Below are positions 32,320-52,593 of a DNA stretch of 64,000 bases, in pieces; the stretch's first letter is position 1, and each line of letters opens with the position of its first letter. The notes beneath the pieces are model-generated. The model saw nothing but the letters and a program-made list of their open reading frames with translations, did no database searches and had not been told where the DNA came from. The DNA lies in the NCBI RefSeq assembly GCF_009914755.1, contig NC_060932.1; one strand, 5' to 3'. Made by a program: the position numbers and the translations under genes. This DNA is from the human T2T-CHM13v2.0 reference genome, Homo sapiens.

Positions 32320-33900
32320 CCTGTCTTTCACCAAATACACAAGAAAATTCTAGAGGAAATACATTCCGAAAATGGAAAACCTAAACCTTGAAAAAGTGCT
32401 ATAAGAAAATATAAGGGGATATTTTCATGACTTTGGGGTTACAAAGGGTTTACTAGGCAAGACTCAAAATCCAATAACCATAGAGTAAATGATAGACAGA
32501 TTTGACCAACAAAACCAAAACAAAATAGAAACCCCAGCCACTTCTTTTTTTTAATTTTTAAATTTTTAGTAAGGATCTGTCACTTTTATATAAAGGTATA
32601 ATCTACAAGAACCTATATTTAATCATTCCCCTCAAACATCTACCCAGAAATAGATAATGAAACTAGAAAAGATGCTTTGGGGGAAAACTTGATTTTGGAA
32701 TTGTACCAATAGATGTGAATTCCAGGTGAGGTTTCAGTTACTCACTGGGTGATCTTGAGCAGGTAACCTCTTTTAATGCCTAAGATTTTTACTTTAAAAA
32801 AATTAGAAATAATAATACCTATGTCATAGAGATGCTATAGGTATTAATGAAATATATGTAAGAGACAACATATGCATATTGTTGGTGTAAATGTCAGTTT
32901 CCCTTCTCTTTCCCTCCTTGAACCAAACCACTTCTGATTAGTGAATGACACCATAAGCAAAGTTTAAACACAAGCTAAAGAGCCAGAGAAAATATCTGCC
33001 ACACATGTAACAGAAAAAAGGCCATAGCTGTAATAGTTGAAGAGTGCACACCAGTCAATGAAAGAAGAAGATAAATGATAGAAGAGGCAGTAAAGTCAAG
33101 CCCAAGAGGGAAAAAAGAAAAAAAACCCTACTAATGACCAATCAATACTGCAAAGATGTTCATCCTCACTAAAAATGAGGGGAATGTACATACAAACATC
33201 AGTGAGATGTCATGGTTCATTGGTGAGATTGGACAACGTTCAGGAGGCTGAGACTGTATCTGAGGAGGTGGGGCCCAGGAAAAGATGCCCTCTCACCCCC
33301 CAGTGCATTCGAGTGCAGCTGTTTCGGTGCCATTTTAGCAATGGCCATCAAAATTTGGCAGGATCTGGAAAAGTTAAAAATGCACATTTTTGACCCAGTA
33401 TTTCTATTTTTGGAATATGTCTTATATGAATACTTGCCTATAAACACAAAATGAATAAACAATAACATATATCTTGCATTATTACATAGTGAAAATTGGA
33501 TGCAACCTTCGTGCCCATTAAGGGGGGAATAGTAAACATTTTTGGTACATATATAGATCTTGTGAAATATTATGGGGTATTACAAAACACGAGTTAGATA
33601 TATAGATACATACACTTATTCTCCAATATATATTTGGTGAAATTCTTGTTTATCTCAAAAGCAGCAAGAAAAAAATCTCTATGCACAAGGGATCTAGCAG
33701 ACAACAGGCACTCAAAATGTGCTTGTTGAATGAAATCTATGTAAACACATAGAAAAAGTTCTGGAAGGGCATGCAGCCAAGTGTCCTCAGCAGTTACCCA
33801 GAGGGAAGGGACAGGATTTGGAAGAGAGGGAAGAGGACTTGTACATCATGCGTTTCTGTATTGTTTGCATTTTAATTTTGTGACAGTTTTAAGGAAGTTG
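32320..33900 (+). mobile_element. Old L1ME ORF2/3' fragments with an embedded MIR (about 32700-32860)
   Basis: caaagatgttcatcctcactaaaaatgagggg; MIR core gtgatcttgagcaggtaacctc. Confidence 0.65.
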
Positions 33901-34099
33901 TGCCCTTCCAAAAGTAGGTGACTTCACTGTCATTTATACAGTAAAGATGGTCATGGTGCCAGCGATTTTAGAGCAAATGTTATTTCCCTTCCTGGTGTTT
34001 TGGAAAGAAGCCTCGGAGCTGGAAGGATGGGGAATGCTGGCTACAGCTGAACACCCAGGAAGGATGCGGTCTCCCTGAGTCATACCTACTCACTCATCT

Positions 34100-35030
34100 C
34101 TTCACTCCACAAACAACAACAATCTGGCTTTTGCGCCCACCGTCCCCAAAATGGTTTTGCTCAGATTACCAAAAACTTCTTGGCTACCAAGTCAAATGAG
34201 CATGTTTTAGTTCTCATATCACTTGACCACTCCTCTTTGCAATATTCTCTTAACTTTCATAAAATCATGCACTTCTGGTGTTTTCTTCATCTGGGCTACT
34301 TTTTCTCAGTCTCTTAGCAGTTTCTCTCTCCATGCTTCTCAGATGTTAGTGCTCTTTAGGGTTTGTCTCCAGGTGTCTTCTCTTCCTTTTCTAGGTTCTC
34401 TGTGGTCTTCCTGCATGACCCCCACACTCTCAAGGCTGAACTGCAATCTCCAGGCCCTGTTTCTAGGACAGACCCTTCCTCTATGCTCCAGACCTGTGTC
34501 TCTGATGGTAACTATGCATCTCTACCTGGGAATGTCCTGAGTGTCTCAAAATCAACATATTCAGAGTCAGACTAATTTCCTCCAAATGCGAATCAGCTGC
34601 CTCGCCAGGCCCTGGCTCCATGACTGGCACCACACTGTCCAAACAGAAGCCTGGATGTTGTTCTTGATGCTTCCCTTTCATTAGCTCACTGCCCTCAGTG
34701 GGAGGCCAAGCCGCCAATCCTTTACTAATGCCTCATGAACCCAATCCATTCTGTATTCTCCATCCCAAAGCCACTGTCTTTGGTTTGAGTCACATTTCTT
34801 GGCCTAGATGAGTGGAACAGTTTTCTGAATGGTCTCTCCCCTCCTGTCTGCTGTGCTGCAGTGTATAGTGCTCCTTCTCACAGTTCATCTGTGGCTGTCC
34901 ATTAATCTTAGGATACAATGTAAGGTTCTTAAGGATCTGGCATTTACCTCTCATTCCCTCCTGCCTTCTCTGCTAGCCTTGCACACAGAAATACTTGCAG
35001 TCCTTCTAATGTGCTGTGTTCTCTTGCCAC
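34100..35030 (+). mobile_element. L2 fragment
   Basis: caatctggcttttgcgcccacc ... gtctcaaaatcaacatattc. Confidence 0.75.
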
Positions 35031-35720
<690 letters not shown>

Positions 35721-36184
35721 GCGTGGGAGAAGGAAGCGCAACCTCATGATGCTTTTGGATGCGGGTAAAATAAACCCCAACTCAGGTTGACTTAAACTGT
35801 AGGGAAACTGGTGATCTATTGCCGACATTCTAGAAATAGGTGAGCAGGGTTTGTTTGTCTGAGACACCACCATGTCGCCAAGGCCCCAGGACTATCCGTC
35901 TCTGGCTTTGCTTTACTCTTCCGCTATTGCTTAGTTATGGGACCAGAAGCTAGGTGAACGACAGAGCCCCCACGGTCAAATTCTCCCACGGCCACATCGG
36001 GGATAAAAGGGGGACTTCTCTGCCTGGGCCTTCTCGCGAGGAAAGCCCTTCTTAGGCCCGGCGGCCTTTCCCGCAGGGCTTGCTGTGCACAGCGAGGCGG
36101 CATGTGTAGGAGGGCGAATGTGCTGGAAGCGGAGATGGGCCATGGGAAGCCTCTGAAAGTTTGAACATGTAACTCAGCTCCAGG

Positions 36185-36560
36185 CTGCTGAATCTCCTGT
36201 GGAATTGTAACCCCCAGTGTTGGAGGTGGGGCCTGGTGGGAGGCGTTCTGGTCATGGGGTTGGGGTGGAGGGCAGGAGAATCCCTCGGAGCTCGGTGCTG
36301 TGCTCCAGATGGTGAGGGATTTTGCCCAGATCTGGTTGTTGTAAAGTGTGACACCTCCCCCGCTTGCTCCTGCTCCCGCCATGTGGGACGCCTGCTCCCC
36401 CTTCGCCTTCCGCCAGCTATTGGAAGCTTCCCCAGGCCTCCCCAGAAGCAGATCCCCTGCTATGCCTCCTGTACAGCCTGCAGAACCGTGAGCCAGGTTT
36501 TCTTTTGAAGTACTCAGTCTCAGGTATTTCTTTATAGCAATGCAAGAGCAGCCTAATACA
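36185..36560 (+). mobile_element. MaLR solo LTR (MSTA/MSTB-like)
   Basis: ggaggtggggcctggtgggagg ... ggtatttctttatagcaatgcaagagcagcctaataca. Confidence 0.88.
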
Positions 36561-36800
36561 CCCTGCCTCTAAACAAACAAACAAACAAACAAACAATAAC
36601 AAAAAACAGAAACAAAAATTAGCCGGGCCCAATGCTGTGTGCCTGTGGTCCCAGCAATTCAGGAGGCTGAAGAAGGAGGATCACTTGAGCCCAGGAGGTT
36701 GAGGCTGCAGCAGGCGGTGATCAGGCCATTGCACTCACCACTGCACTCCAGCCTGGGTGGAAGAGCCAGACCCTGTCTCAAAAAAAGAAACAAAGAACAA
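36561..36800 (+). mobile_element. Partial AluJ with (AAAC)n linker
   Basis: Right arm with AluJ diagnostics. Confidence 0.9.
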
Positions 36801-37100
36801 CCAAGCCCTGGGACACAAGAATCTGAAGGCCAGGAAAAGGAAGAGGGGCCAGCAAATACACGCAAGAGAAGCAAGAGAAGCAGTCAGGTGAGTGAGGAAA
36901 ACCCAGTCTCCCAGGAAAGGTGCAGTCATTGGTGGTTTCAAATGCTGCTGAGAGAGCAAGTGCCCAGAAAGCAAATGATAGGTCACTGAGTTAGGAATTT
37001 GGAGGCTATGGGTGGCCTGAAAAAGCTTTTTCATGAAGAGATGAAGACAGAATTCTTACTGGAGTGTAATGAGGAGAAAGTGGGAGGTTGGAGTGCAATG
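36801..37100 (-). mobile_element. L2 fragment
   Basis: tcaaatgctgctgagagag motif. Confidence 0.6.
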
Positions 37101-37470
37101 AGGAGAAAGTGGGAGGTGAGGGATTAGCTACAATTTGTTGGGGTTCAATCAAGGAAGCAGCACCACTGTGCATGGAGTGGAGTGAGATCGTGGGTGCAGG
37201 GAGTGTCTTGCAAAGCTGTGGAGAGGCTTGGGAGGTGAGGGTCCACAGGAGGGAAGCTGCAGGGTGAAGAGCGGAGGGGAGGGCCCGCAGGAGGGTGGGT
37301 GGATGGAGGGTGGGGAAGGTAGGGTAGTTGGAGGGTAAGGAGAGGAGGGCCCGTGGGAGAGTGGGCAGAAAATGAGCAAGGTCTCTCACCAAGGCCACAG
37401 GGCCGGGGTGGGCTATGGAGGCGTCTAGGTGCTGTTTTCTCTGCCTCAGGAGAAATATTCCAACCAGTGA

Positions 37471-38147
<677 letters not shown>

Positions 38148-38652
38148 TAAAATTCCACTCGAGCTGTACCTCCCTGAAGCCTTTCTGGAACTTTCCTGTG
38201 CTTCCTTCTGCCTGGCTGAAGGGTCCTGTGTGTGATCTGGGTGCCCTGTGCGTCTTGCTTGGCAGCCCCCACCGCTATTGGTGCAGCTCCCGGTGATTAG
38301 AAGGCGCCCCAAATGTTTGTAGGATTGGTGCAGACCTCCCAAGCTCCTGGAGGGCGGGTACTGTACAGCTCCATTAATACGGGCCTGAACCCACTCAGAT
38401 GCGGGGAGCCAGGAGGGACAGTCAGTCGCATAAGGCCGGGACCTCCGGTCATGCGTTCTCACCCACTGCTCCTTTCACTTGTGCTAAAATGACCCCTTAA
38501 TGTTCATGGGTCCTACTTCCCAGGAATCAGAAATTCTGGGACTCAGCGAGCACATTCACACTTGGTTTCTGTAAATCCTTTTGCTAGTATGTTTTGGGTC
38601 CTTCATCATCTTTCTGAATTATTTTCGTGGAAAGTCCCTACCAACACTTTAA

Positions 38653-38978
<326 letters not shown>

Positions 38979-39167
38979 GGCATGTTTCTTCTTTGATCTG
39001 TCCTTCTCGGTGTGAAGCATCAGCACAGGTTGTGGCATCAAAACTGCCAATGTGTAATGCTCTCATGCAGCTTCGAGATTTGTGCTCTGGGTAAACTATG
39101 GAGAGACCTGTCAGAGCAGTAGCATGTAAATTAGTTATGCCTCATGTATATATTTAAACAAGGCTAA

Positions 39168-39490
<323 letters not shown>

Positions 39491-41063
39491 AGGCTAATAA
39501 GGGCACATCCCAAAGCCCTCTAACCCTGCAGGTGGCAAGGGCACATCCTCCCTGAAGCAGGAGCAACTCTGCTTCCAGGATTCTCTGAAGACTGCCCTTT
39601 GCACCCAGAGCTTCTTGATGTCATGGAGGAAACAAAAGCTCCTTCTGTGATCCTGAGGTGCCAGTTTGGCCAGCAAAGACAAAGGGACATTTTAATAAAG
39701 TCTCCAGACATTTACTTAGCCTCAAAATTACTTCTCCAAATTTGCACATTGTGCAACATTGTAGATCTTCAAATGTATTTCTGTGACTGGGAACTGGCTC
39801 CAATATGCCTTATGTTGTAACTTTTCTTTTTGTCATGGGGAGGGAGTAGAAAAGGGATTAGTTGTCTTTTTCCCCCTTCCAGAGAACTGCCAAAATAATT
39901 TCGACTGTCCCAGATGAAGTAAGTTTTAAAATTGTGGTTCTCCTGAGGTTCATTTGGAAAAAGACGGAGCAATTCTGAGAAACCAGCAGTAGGGGCTGCC
40001 AAGACACTCATTTCCCTGGCCATGGCTTCTGTTTCCTTGCACTGGGGTTGGCACGGGATTGCCAGTGTGCAGGCTTGGAGGGTCCCATTCAGACACTTGC
40101 CCTTGCTTGCCCAAAAGCCGGCTACCGGGCTCAGTACCTTCACTTTTCATTGCTGATTGTAATCCAGATATAAGAGAACTGTTCTGTAGACTCCTTTGCA
40201 CCACCCGCCCTGGGGTTATGCTGCCTTTTGTGCCAGTGGGGGAGGCTTTCCTCCTGTTGGGTGGCGCCTGGGCAAGCTTGGCTCAGGCTGGTTTTAGAGG
40301 TGCTATTTCCGGGAACTAGAGATTGCAACACCCCAGTGTTGTATCTCTTCTGCCGCATCCCAGGGTTTGGAGATAGACAGGGAAGGGGCGTGGTGAAGGA
40401 TTGGAAAGGATTACTCAGGGGCTATAGGAACCCTAGAATGTCAGAGCTGCACGTTGCTTTTAGACAGAGTTGTGGAGTAGAGGGACGGAAGTGATGGAGG
40501 CCGACTGACATGGAGGCTGACTGACAGAGATGGGGCAGTTCAGGCGGTGTGTGCCGACCTAAGACACTGCCTTGGGAGCATCTTCATACTCCAGCTTCAT
40601 ACTCCTCGGGGATATCAGTAATGCAGCAATTTTCAAATGGAAGTTTAGGGATGTTTAGAAAAGAGCAGCCCCTGGGGCTGCCTTCCTGAGTACTGTCCTA
40701 CCACTACCAGAGGATAAGGACATTTAGCCTCCGAGTCTCCGCAGTCTCTGTTCTGCTGTCTGCGAAATGTGGCTATAGCGAGGAAATAATGGGATTGTAT
40801 GCTGAGCAAGGCCTAACAAGTAGCAGGTGGCCACAGTAAGTGCATGCGTCATCATCTATACAGTCCTTTTATTTGAAAGCTGAACACAGCAAAGCCTAGA
40901 TAAGCTTAGGAGATTTGCCCAACAGCACACAGCTTTCAGTGGCAGAGCTCAGGAACAGACCATCTCTCCTGACCCTTTCCCATTTCACCTGCTGCAATTC
41001 AAATCTTTTGGTTACATCCTCATAAAAGAGTAAACGGAAATGTTTTAATTAAAATTTTTCATA

Positions 41064-41684
41064 CAGCTGCCCACTGTCTGGGAAGTGAGGAGCGCCTCTG
41101 ACTGGCCGCCAACCATCTGGGAAGTGAGGAGCGCCTCTGCCCGGCCACCCTGTCTGGCAAGTGAGGAGCGCCTATGCCTGGTCACCCCGTCTGGCAAGTG
41201 AGGAGTGCCTATGCCTGACCACCCCGTCTGGGAAATGAGGAGCGCCTCTGCCCAGCCACCACCCCGTCTAGCAAGTGAGGAGCACCTATGCCCGGCCATT
41301 CCATCTGGCAAGTAAGGAGCACCTCTGCCTGGCCACCCCGTCTGGGAAGTGAGGAGTGCCTCTGCCCAGCTGCCCACCATCTGGGAAGTGAGGAGCACCT
41401 CTGCCTGGCTGCCCACCGTCTGGGAAGTGAGGAGCACCTCTGCCTGGCCGGCCACTGTCTGGGAAATGAGAAGCCCCTCTGCCCAGCCACCCCACCATCT
41501 GGCAAGTGAGGCGCGCCTCTGCCCGGCCGCCGCCCCGTCTGGGAAGTGAGGAGCGCCTCTGCCCGGCCAGCCTTGTGTGTGATCTTTTCTGTCTTCCCCA
41601 AGTTTGCATTTTTGACATTAAGTTTACTTTTTAATTAAAAGTTTTAAATTGGAGAATATAAAAAACAAACAAACAACAAAAAAA
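41064..41684 (+). mobile_element. SVA2-type VNTR retroelement (VNTR, unique 3' end, A tail)
   Basis: 13 units of 36-40 bp (tctgggaagtgaggagcgcctctgcccggcc...), about 90 bp of non-SINE-R tail with ATTAAA, A-rich tail, 13-bp TSD. Confidence 0.85.
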
Positions 41685-41694
41685 GTTTTTCATA

Positions 41695-41903
41695 GCCCGG
41701 GCAACATGGTGAAACCCCATCTCTACAAAGAATACAAAAAAAAGAAATAGTTGGGCATGGTGGTACACACCTGTAATCCCAGCTACTCGGGGCTGAGGTT
41801 GGAGGATCACCTAAGTCCAGTAGGTGGAGGCTGCAGTGAGCTGTGTTTGCACCACTGCATTCTACCCTGGGTGACAGAGTGAGACCCTGTCTCAAAAAAA
41901 AGA
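41695..41903 (+). mobile_element. 5'-truncated AluJ
   Basis: Begins mid left arm; AluJ-type right arm. Confidence 0.92.
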
Positions 41904-42432
41904 AGTTTTGCATGGTTACCTTTTTCAACTTCAAAATAATATTAGTGTGGAAATGAGAGATTTCATGGTGAGTGTCTGTGTGCAAGCAGGAGGTAGTGGC
42001 CAGTGTGCCCAGGTTCTGATGTTGTGGGGACACTGTCCTTGTGGAAACCTTCTCCAGGGTTGCTCTGTGCAATTTTCTGAAGCTTGGGCTGGGAACAAAG
42101 GAGGAAAGTCACTGTCCCTTTCCCTTCGTTGTTCGTGGGGGAAGGCAGATTAGGGAGTAAACCACTGACCACGTTGCTTAATAAACCAGTACAGTCATAG
42201 TATAGGGCCTGATGGTGGCCGATGCTCAGTGAGTGGAGTGGTTATTTTTGAGTGCCTTCCACAGGGGCACAAGCTATTGGTGCAAGACAGGCTGGCGCCA
42301 GGCACCTGATGCTGGCTCCACACAATGCCATCTTCCTGGTGTGCTAAGACCATGTGGGAAAACGAAGTTCAGAAGTGGTGATGAGTAATATCCTCACTGC
42401 ACACTTTGGGGATTGCCAAGAACTCTCATATT

Positions 42433-42685
42433 GAGCGTGGAAGTTAAGAACACAGACTCCAGAATCAGATTTTCTGAGCTTGAGTCCTGACTCGGCCGCT
42501 TCCTCGCTGTGTGGTGTTGGGAAAGTTACTGAACTCCCGAAGCTCCATTAGGTCATTTGTACAAGGGTAAAAATAGTGTCTATTTCAAGGGATGGGATGA
42601 GATAACACTTGGAAAGTTCCTAGAAGTGTCGACTAGCACAGAATAAGGAAATCATTAACGCTAGCCATTGTTGTTATTATATTCA
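42433..42685 (+). mobile_element. MIR
   Basis: gttaagaacacagactccaga ... gggaaagttactgaactc ... gttattat. Confidence 0.8.
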
Positions 42686-43059
42686 TTATTTCTTTGGATC
42701 CTTACTCTGTACAGCCAGATAGGCAGGGTAGGTGGTGTTGCTCTCGTGTTGTCGGTGGCCATGGCCATATGACTTGCTCAAGGTCACGGAGCTAAAAAAG
42801 AGGATCACAGTCTCCTGAGCCCCATTTTAGTGCCTCACATATTTTGGTGTTTAATATCTCTAAAGACAGGAAATAGTTGGTGCGTAACCCCACAAAGGTA
42901 AAATTAAACCCAAAGGGTGAGGGTTGCATTTCCTCCTCTACCACGAATGCCTGACCACACCATTCCTGGGCTGTGAATCCTGTGGAGAGGTCTGGTTTCT
43001 CCCAGGCTACATACACTTTCTGCTCATCAATTTGTCTTTTTCCACCAGACTCAGTTATG

Positions 43060-43310
43060 AAACTAGTTCCCTAAGTTATTCCATGAAAATAAATGGTATT
43101 GTGGTCAAATCAGTTTGGGAGATAGAGCTACAAGATTTCTGTTTAGAAATTCACGATGCATATTGGTATATCAGAGGTTAAAAAGTCATGTAGAACTTTG
43201 TTGAACCCAGGGCCTCTCTTAGTTATTTGTCCACAAGACAAAGTCCACATTACATCTGTTATTATTCCACCAAACTAGTGCTGAGAGGAGGACACTCTGG
43301 GAAACACGGT
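43060..43310. mobile_element. hAT-Charlie MITE (MER103C-like)
   Basis: aactttgttgaacccagg ... ttatttgtccaca ... cactctgggaaaca. Confidence 0.55.
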
Positions 43311-44052
43311 GAAGCTGATTTATCTCCTGTGCTAGAACCTAGATGTGCAGATTCCCTCATCTGTCTGCTCATTCTGTAGATAGTCATGGAATCCCCACCT
43401 TGCGCCAGGCTTTGTGCTGGGCACGGGGAATTCTGTGGTGAGCCCTGCAGTCACATGGTCTAGCACTAGGGCAGCTGCACCCTCATGGGCTCTGCAGGCA
43501 TTCATCAAGTAATCTAATAAAATAAATATACAATTAGAAACCAAGAGAGAACTATTTAGAAAACTATTCTGTAGTATCCCTCAGTGAAAGAGATGGATGT
43601 GTCCGGGGAAGTGAGGGGGAGGAGCGGCGGGGAGAGAGCCTGCTGCAGGGAGAGAGGAACAGGTGCAGAGGCAGGGGACCGGGAGGGCCACTGAAGAGGG
43701 GAGTGGAGGCCAATGTGACAGGCACACAGACGACAGGGATGGCAGTATCCTGGGTGAGTGACAGACAGGTGGGACCAGTTCCCGCAGTGGACCCTCATTT
43801 GTGTGGTTAAGAACCATGGGAAGCCAATGAACTGGTCAGGGCTGGGATTATGGTGGGGTGAGTGACAGACTTGCCTGAGGCACAAATTTAAGGATCCCCC
43901 TCAAAACTCAATAATCAAGATAAGCAATACAATATTAAAAAAATCAGTATTAGTGCCAAAAAATCCAGGATGAACAAAATATCAAACTTCTAGGCAAAGA
44001 GAGGATCCCACAGTACCGTGACAGGCCTGTGGCAAAAGGGAAGATGTAGCCC

Positions 44053-45021
<969 letters not shown>

Positions 45022-45249
45022 CATACCTTTTTGATAGTTACCTTTCTGCAGAATACTAAAGTAGAAGATGTAGATTTTGAAGACATTATTAATGAGTTAG
45101 CATCCATTAAAGCTAGAAACGTAAAATTCACTTCTGGTTTTGTGTAATAAAAAATTTAAATTTAAACGTACTGTTGTGAGTTTTAATAACTGGTGTTAAA
45201 ATTTTTATTTCTTTCACCACTTTAATTTTCTGCCAAAAAGTTGACCATT

Positions 45250-45421
45250 AAAAAATTTATTAGCTGGGTGTGGTGGGGCATGCCTATAGTCTCAGCTACT
45301 TGGGAGACTGAGGTGGGACGATTGCTTGAGCCCAGGTGATTGAGGCTGCAATGAGCCATGATCGTGCCACTGCATTCAAGCCTGGGTGACAGACTGAGAA
45401 CCTGCCTCAAAAAAACCAAAA
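45250..45421 (+). mobile_element. AluJ right monomer
   Basis: Single arm with A tail. Confidence 0.9.
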
Positions 45422-45886
45422 TGCAAACTGAAAAACATGCATGTAAGGCACCCATTTTTCCTTTGGCCTCAGGCTCCAGTGTTGCTCAGCATGTTGCTGG
45501 ACAAGGAGTTGATGGATCAGACACGACTTTTGCGAGAGTTTCTCTGAATGAATTAGGAGAAGATTGGAAAAGGGAGAAACTCATCAAGAGTGACTCTCTG
45601 ATGTCTCCATTGTATAACGAGGTGGCTGATGGTGCCATTCTCTGGTGGGGAAAGCTGGAGGTGTTTTCGGGGGAGTGCAGATAATGATTTTTTTGAATAT
45701 GTTGAAGTTTGAGGTACCTTTAAGCTTCAACTGTCTGATAGTTGTAATTTCTCAAAGAAGAGTTGTCAAAATCAGGCAGTTGCATAAATGGTTACGGAGG
45801 TCAGAGAAAAAGTATAAGTTAAAAGTTTGATTGGGAGTTATGAATTGGCCAACAGACAATAACTACAAGAGACAAGGATAACTATG

Positions 45887-46034
45887 GCAGGTTCTCAGCC
45901 CTGGGTGCACAGTGGAGTCACCCAGGAGTTTTAATTTTTTTAAATTCCTGATGTCCAGGCACCACTCCAGACCAATTAAATCAGTCTTTAGAAGTGGGGT
46001 CTAGGCAGAGATATTTAAAAAAATGCTTCCCACG
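45887..46034. mobile_element. MER5A-like hAT-Charlie MITE
   Basis: ggagtcacccaggag ... ccactccagaccaattaaatcag. Confidence 0.8.
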
Positions 46035-47079
46035 GACTTCTGTTTCCAGGAAGATGGAGTAGATGTACTTTCCCTGCTTCCTCTTGCTAATTGCAACTAA
46101 AAATCTAGGACATTGCATATGTAACAAACATAAGAAGGCTCCAAAAGGTGGAGCAAAGAAAGACTGGAGGGGACCTTGGAACCAAAGGAACAACGGGCTG
46201 GCGAGTGTCCTGGGTTTTCTTTCTGTCTCATCTATTCCAGACTTGGAGCTGAAGAACGCAGCAACCTGGAAACAGCAATGAGCACAGACAAAGTCCCCGC
46301 AAAGCCTGCTCTCTCCAACCAAGGTACCAGGGAAGGGGCAGCTCAGCAAGGCAGAAAACTTTCAGACGGTAACTGTTCTACTCTAGGCAAACACCGCCGA
46401 AAAGCTATGACCCGTCTCCATGCATGCCAGCAAAGGCTGAGTAGGGAGCCTGGACTTCCACCCTCATGAGGCTCTAAGGAGGCCCTCTACCAGTGCTGTC
46501 TGGGTGACGTCAGAGAAGGCCACGTCGTGGGCGAGGTCTATTATTCCTCCCAGCTGGTAAGGTGCTCCTCCCACACTGTGGTGTCCATGGAGACCACGTA
46601 GAGATCCTGGACTTCCACCTCCACCTGGCAGTAACTAGGTGCCTGTTCCTTTCCCAGCAGGGTCTTGACAAAGGGGCCTAATGAAGAGTCAGGACTTTTA
46701 CTGTCACCCAGTGGCAATAAGTCCATCCCCTTGTGGTGTCATTGGAGACAATGAGTTGGGACTCCCACCCCCTCCAGCAGTAATGAGGAGCCCCTTCCCA
46801 CCCTGGATGTTAATAGTGGCCGAGTACGGATGTGGATTTCTAACTCTACCTGACGTTAATGAGGTAGCTTTTTACTTCCCTTCCTCTGCTGGAGTGGTTT
46901 CAGAGACATCTAGCTAAAATAGAGGTTTATATAATATTCAGAATCTTATAATATAAAAATGGTTCAGGCTTCAGTAAAAAAATCATTGATCATACCAAGA
47001 ACCAGATGTTCTCAAATAAATGAAGATCATCAATACATGGCAAAACAAAGACGCTAGAGATGTTAGATTTTCTGACAAA
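46035..47079 (+). mobile_element. Old L1 (L1MC/MD-type) 5' end
   Basis: gacttctgtttccaggaagatggagtagatgtactttccc. Confidence 0.6.
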
Positions 47080-51737
<4,658 letters not shown>

Positions 51738-52104
51738 CTGTATTACTTCTATTAGTAACAAAACAATACCCCCGTCCCCCAAGTTTCTTTGTGGCAGGAA
51801 TTCACAGAGCCTTCATTTCTTACCTGCAGGTGGAATCTCCACAGAAGGCTATAATATGCAGTATTTCCCAGGCTATGTGGTCGCTGAGCTCTTGTCGCCT
51901 TCCTTTTGGGCCCACTTCATGACACATGGAGGATTTGCTTCTCTCTGGAAGCCTAGCAATTGATCACCTTGGAGAGAGAAAACTGTGGGCTCTCTGCAGG
52001 CTTAGTTGGCTGCCCGCCCCTCACCTGGAGACCCTGCCACCATTTGGGCCTGTGAGACTGTCCAGCCCCTTGGAGTGGATGAACTATTGTTAATTTGTAG
52101 ATAG

Positions 52105-52593
<489 letters not shown>

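Noticed and set aside
37200-37370. G-rich purine tract with G-quadruplex potential
   Set aside because: Low-complexity sequence with no supporting context
41045-41618. Overlapping repetitive ORFs, or a CRISPR-like array
   Set aside because: Tandem VNTR units without unique spacers; open frames follow from GC-rich repeats; no cas genes and the DNA is primate
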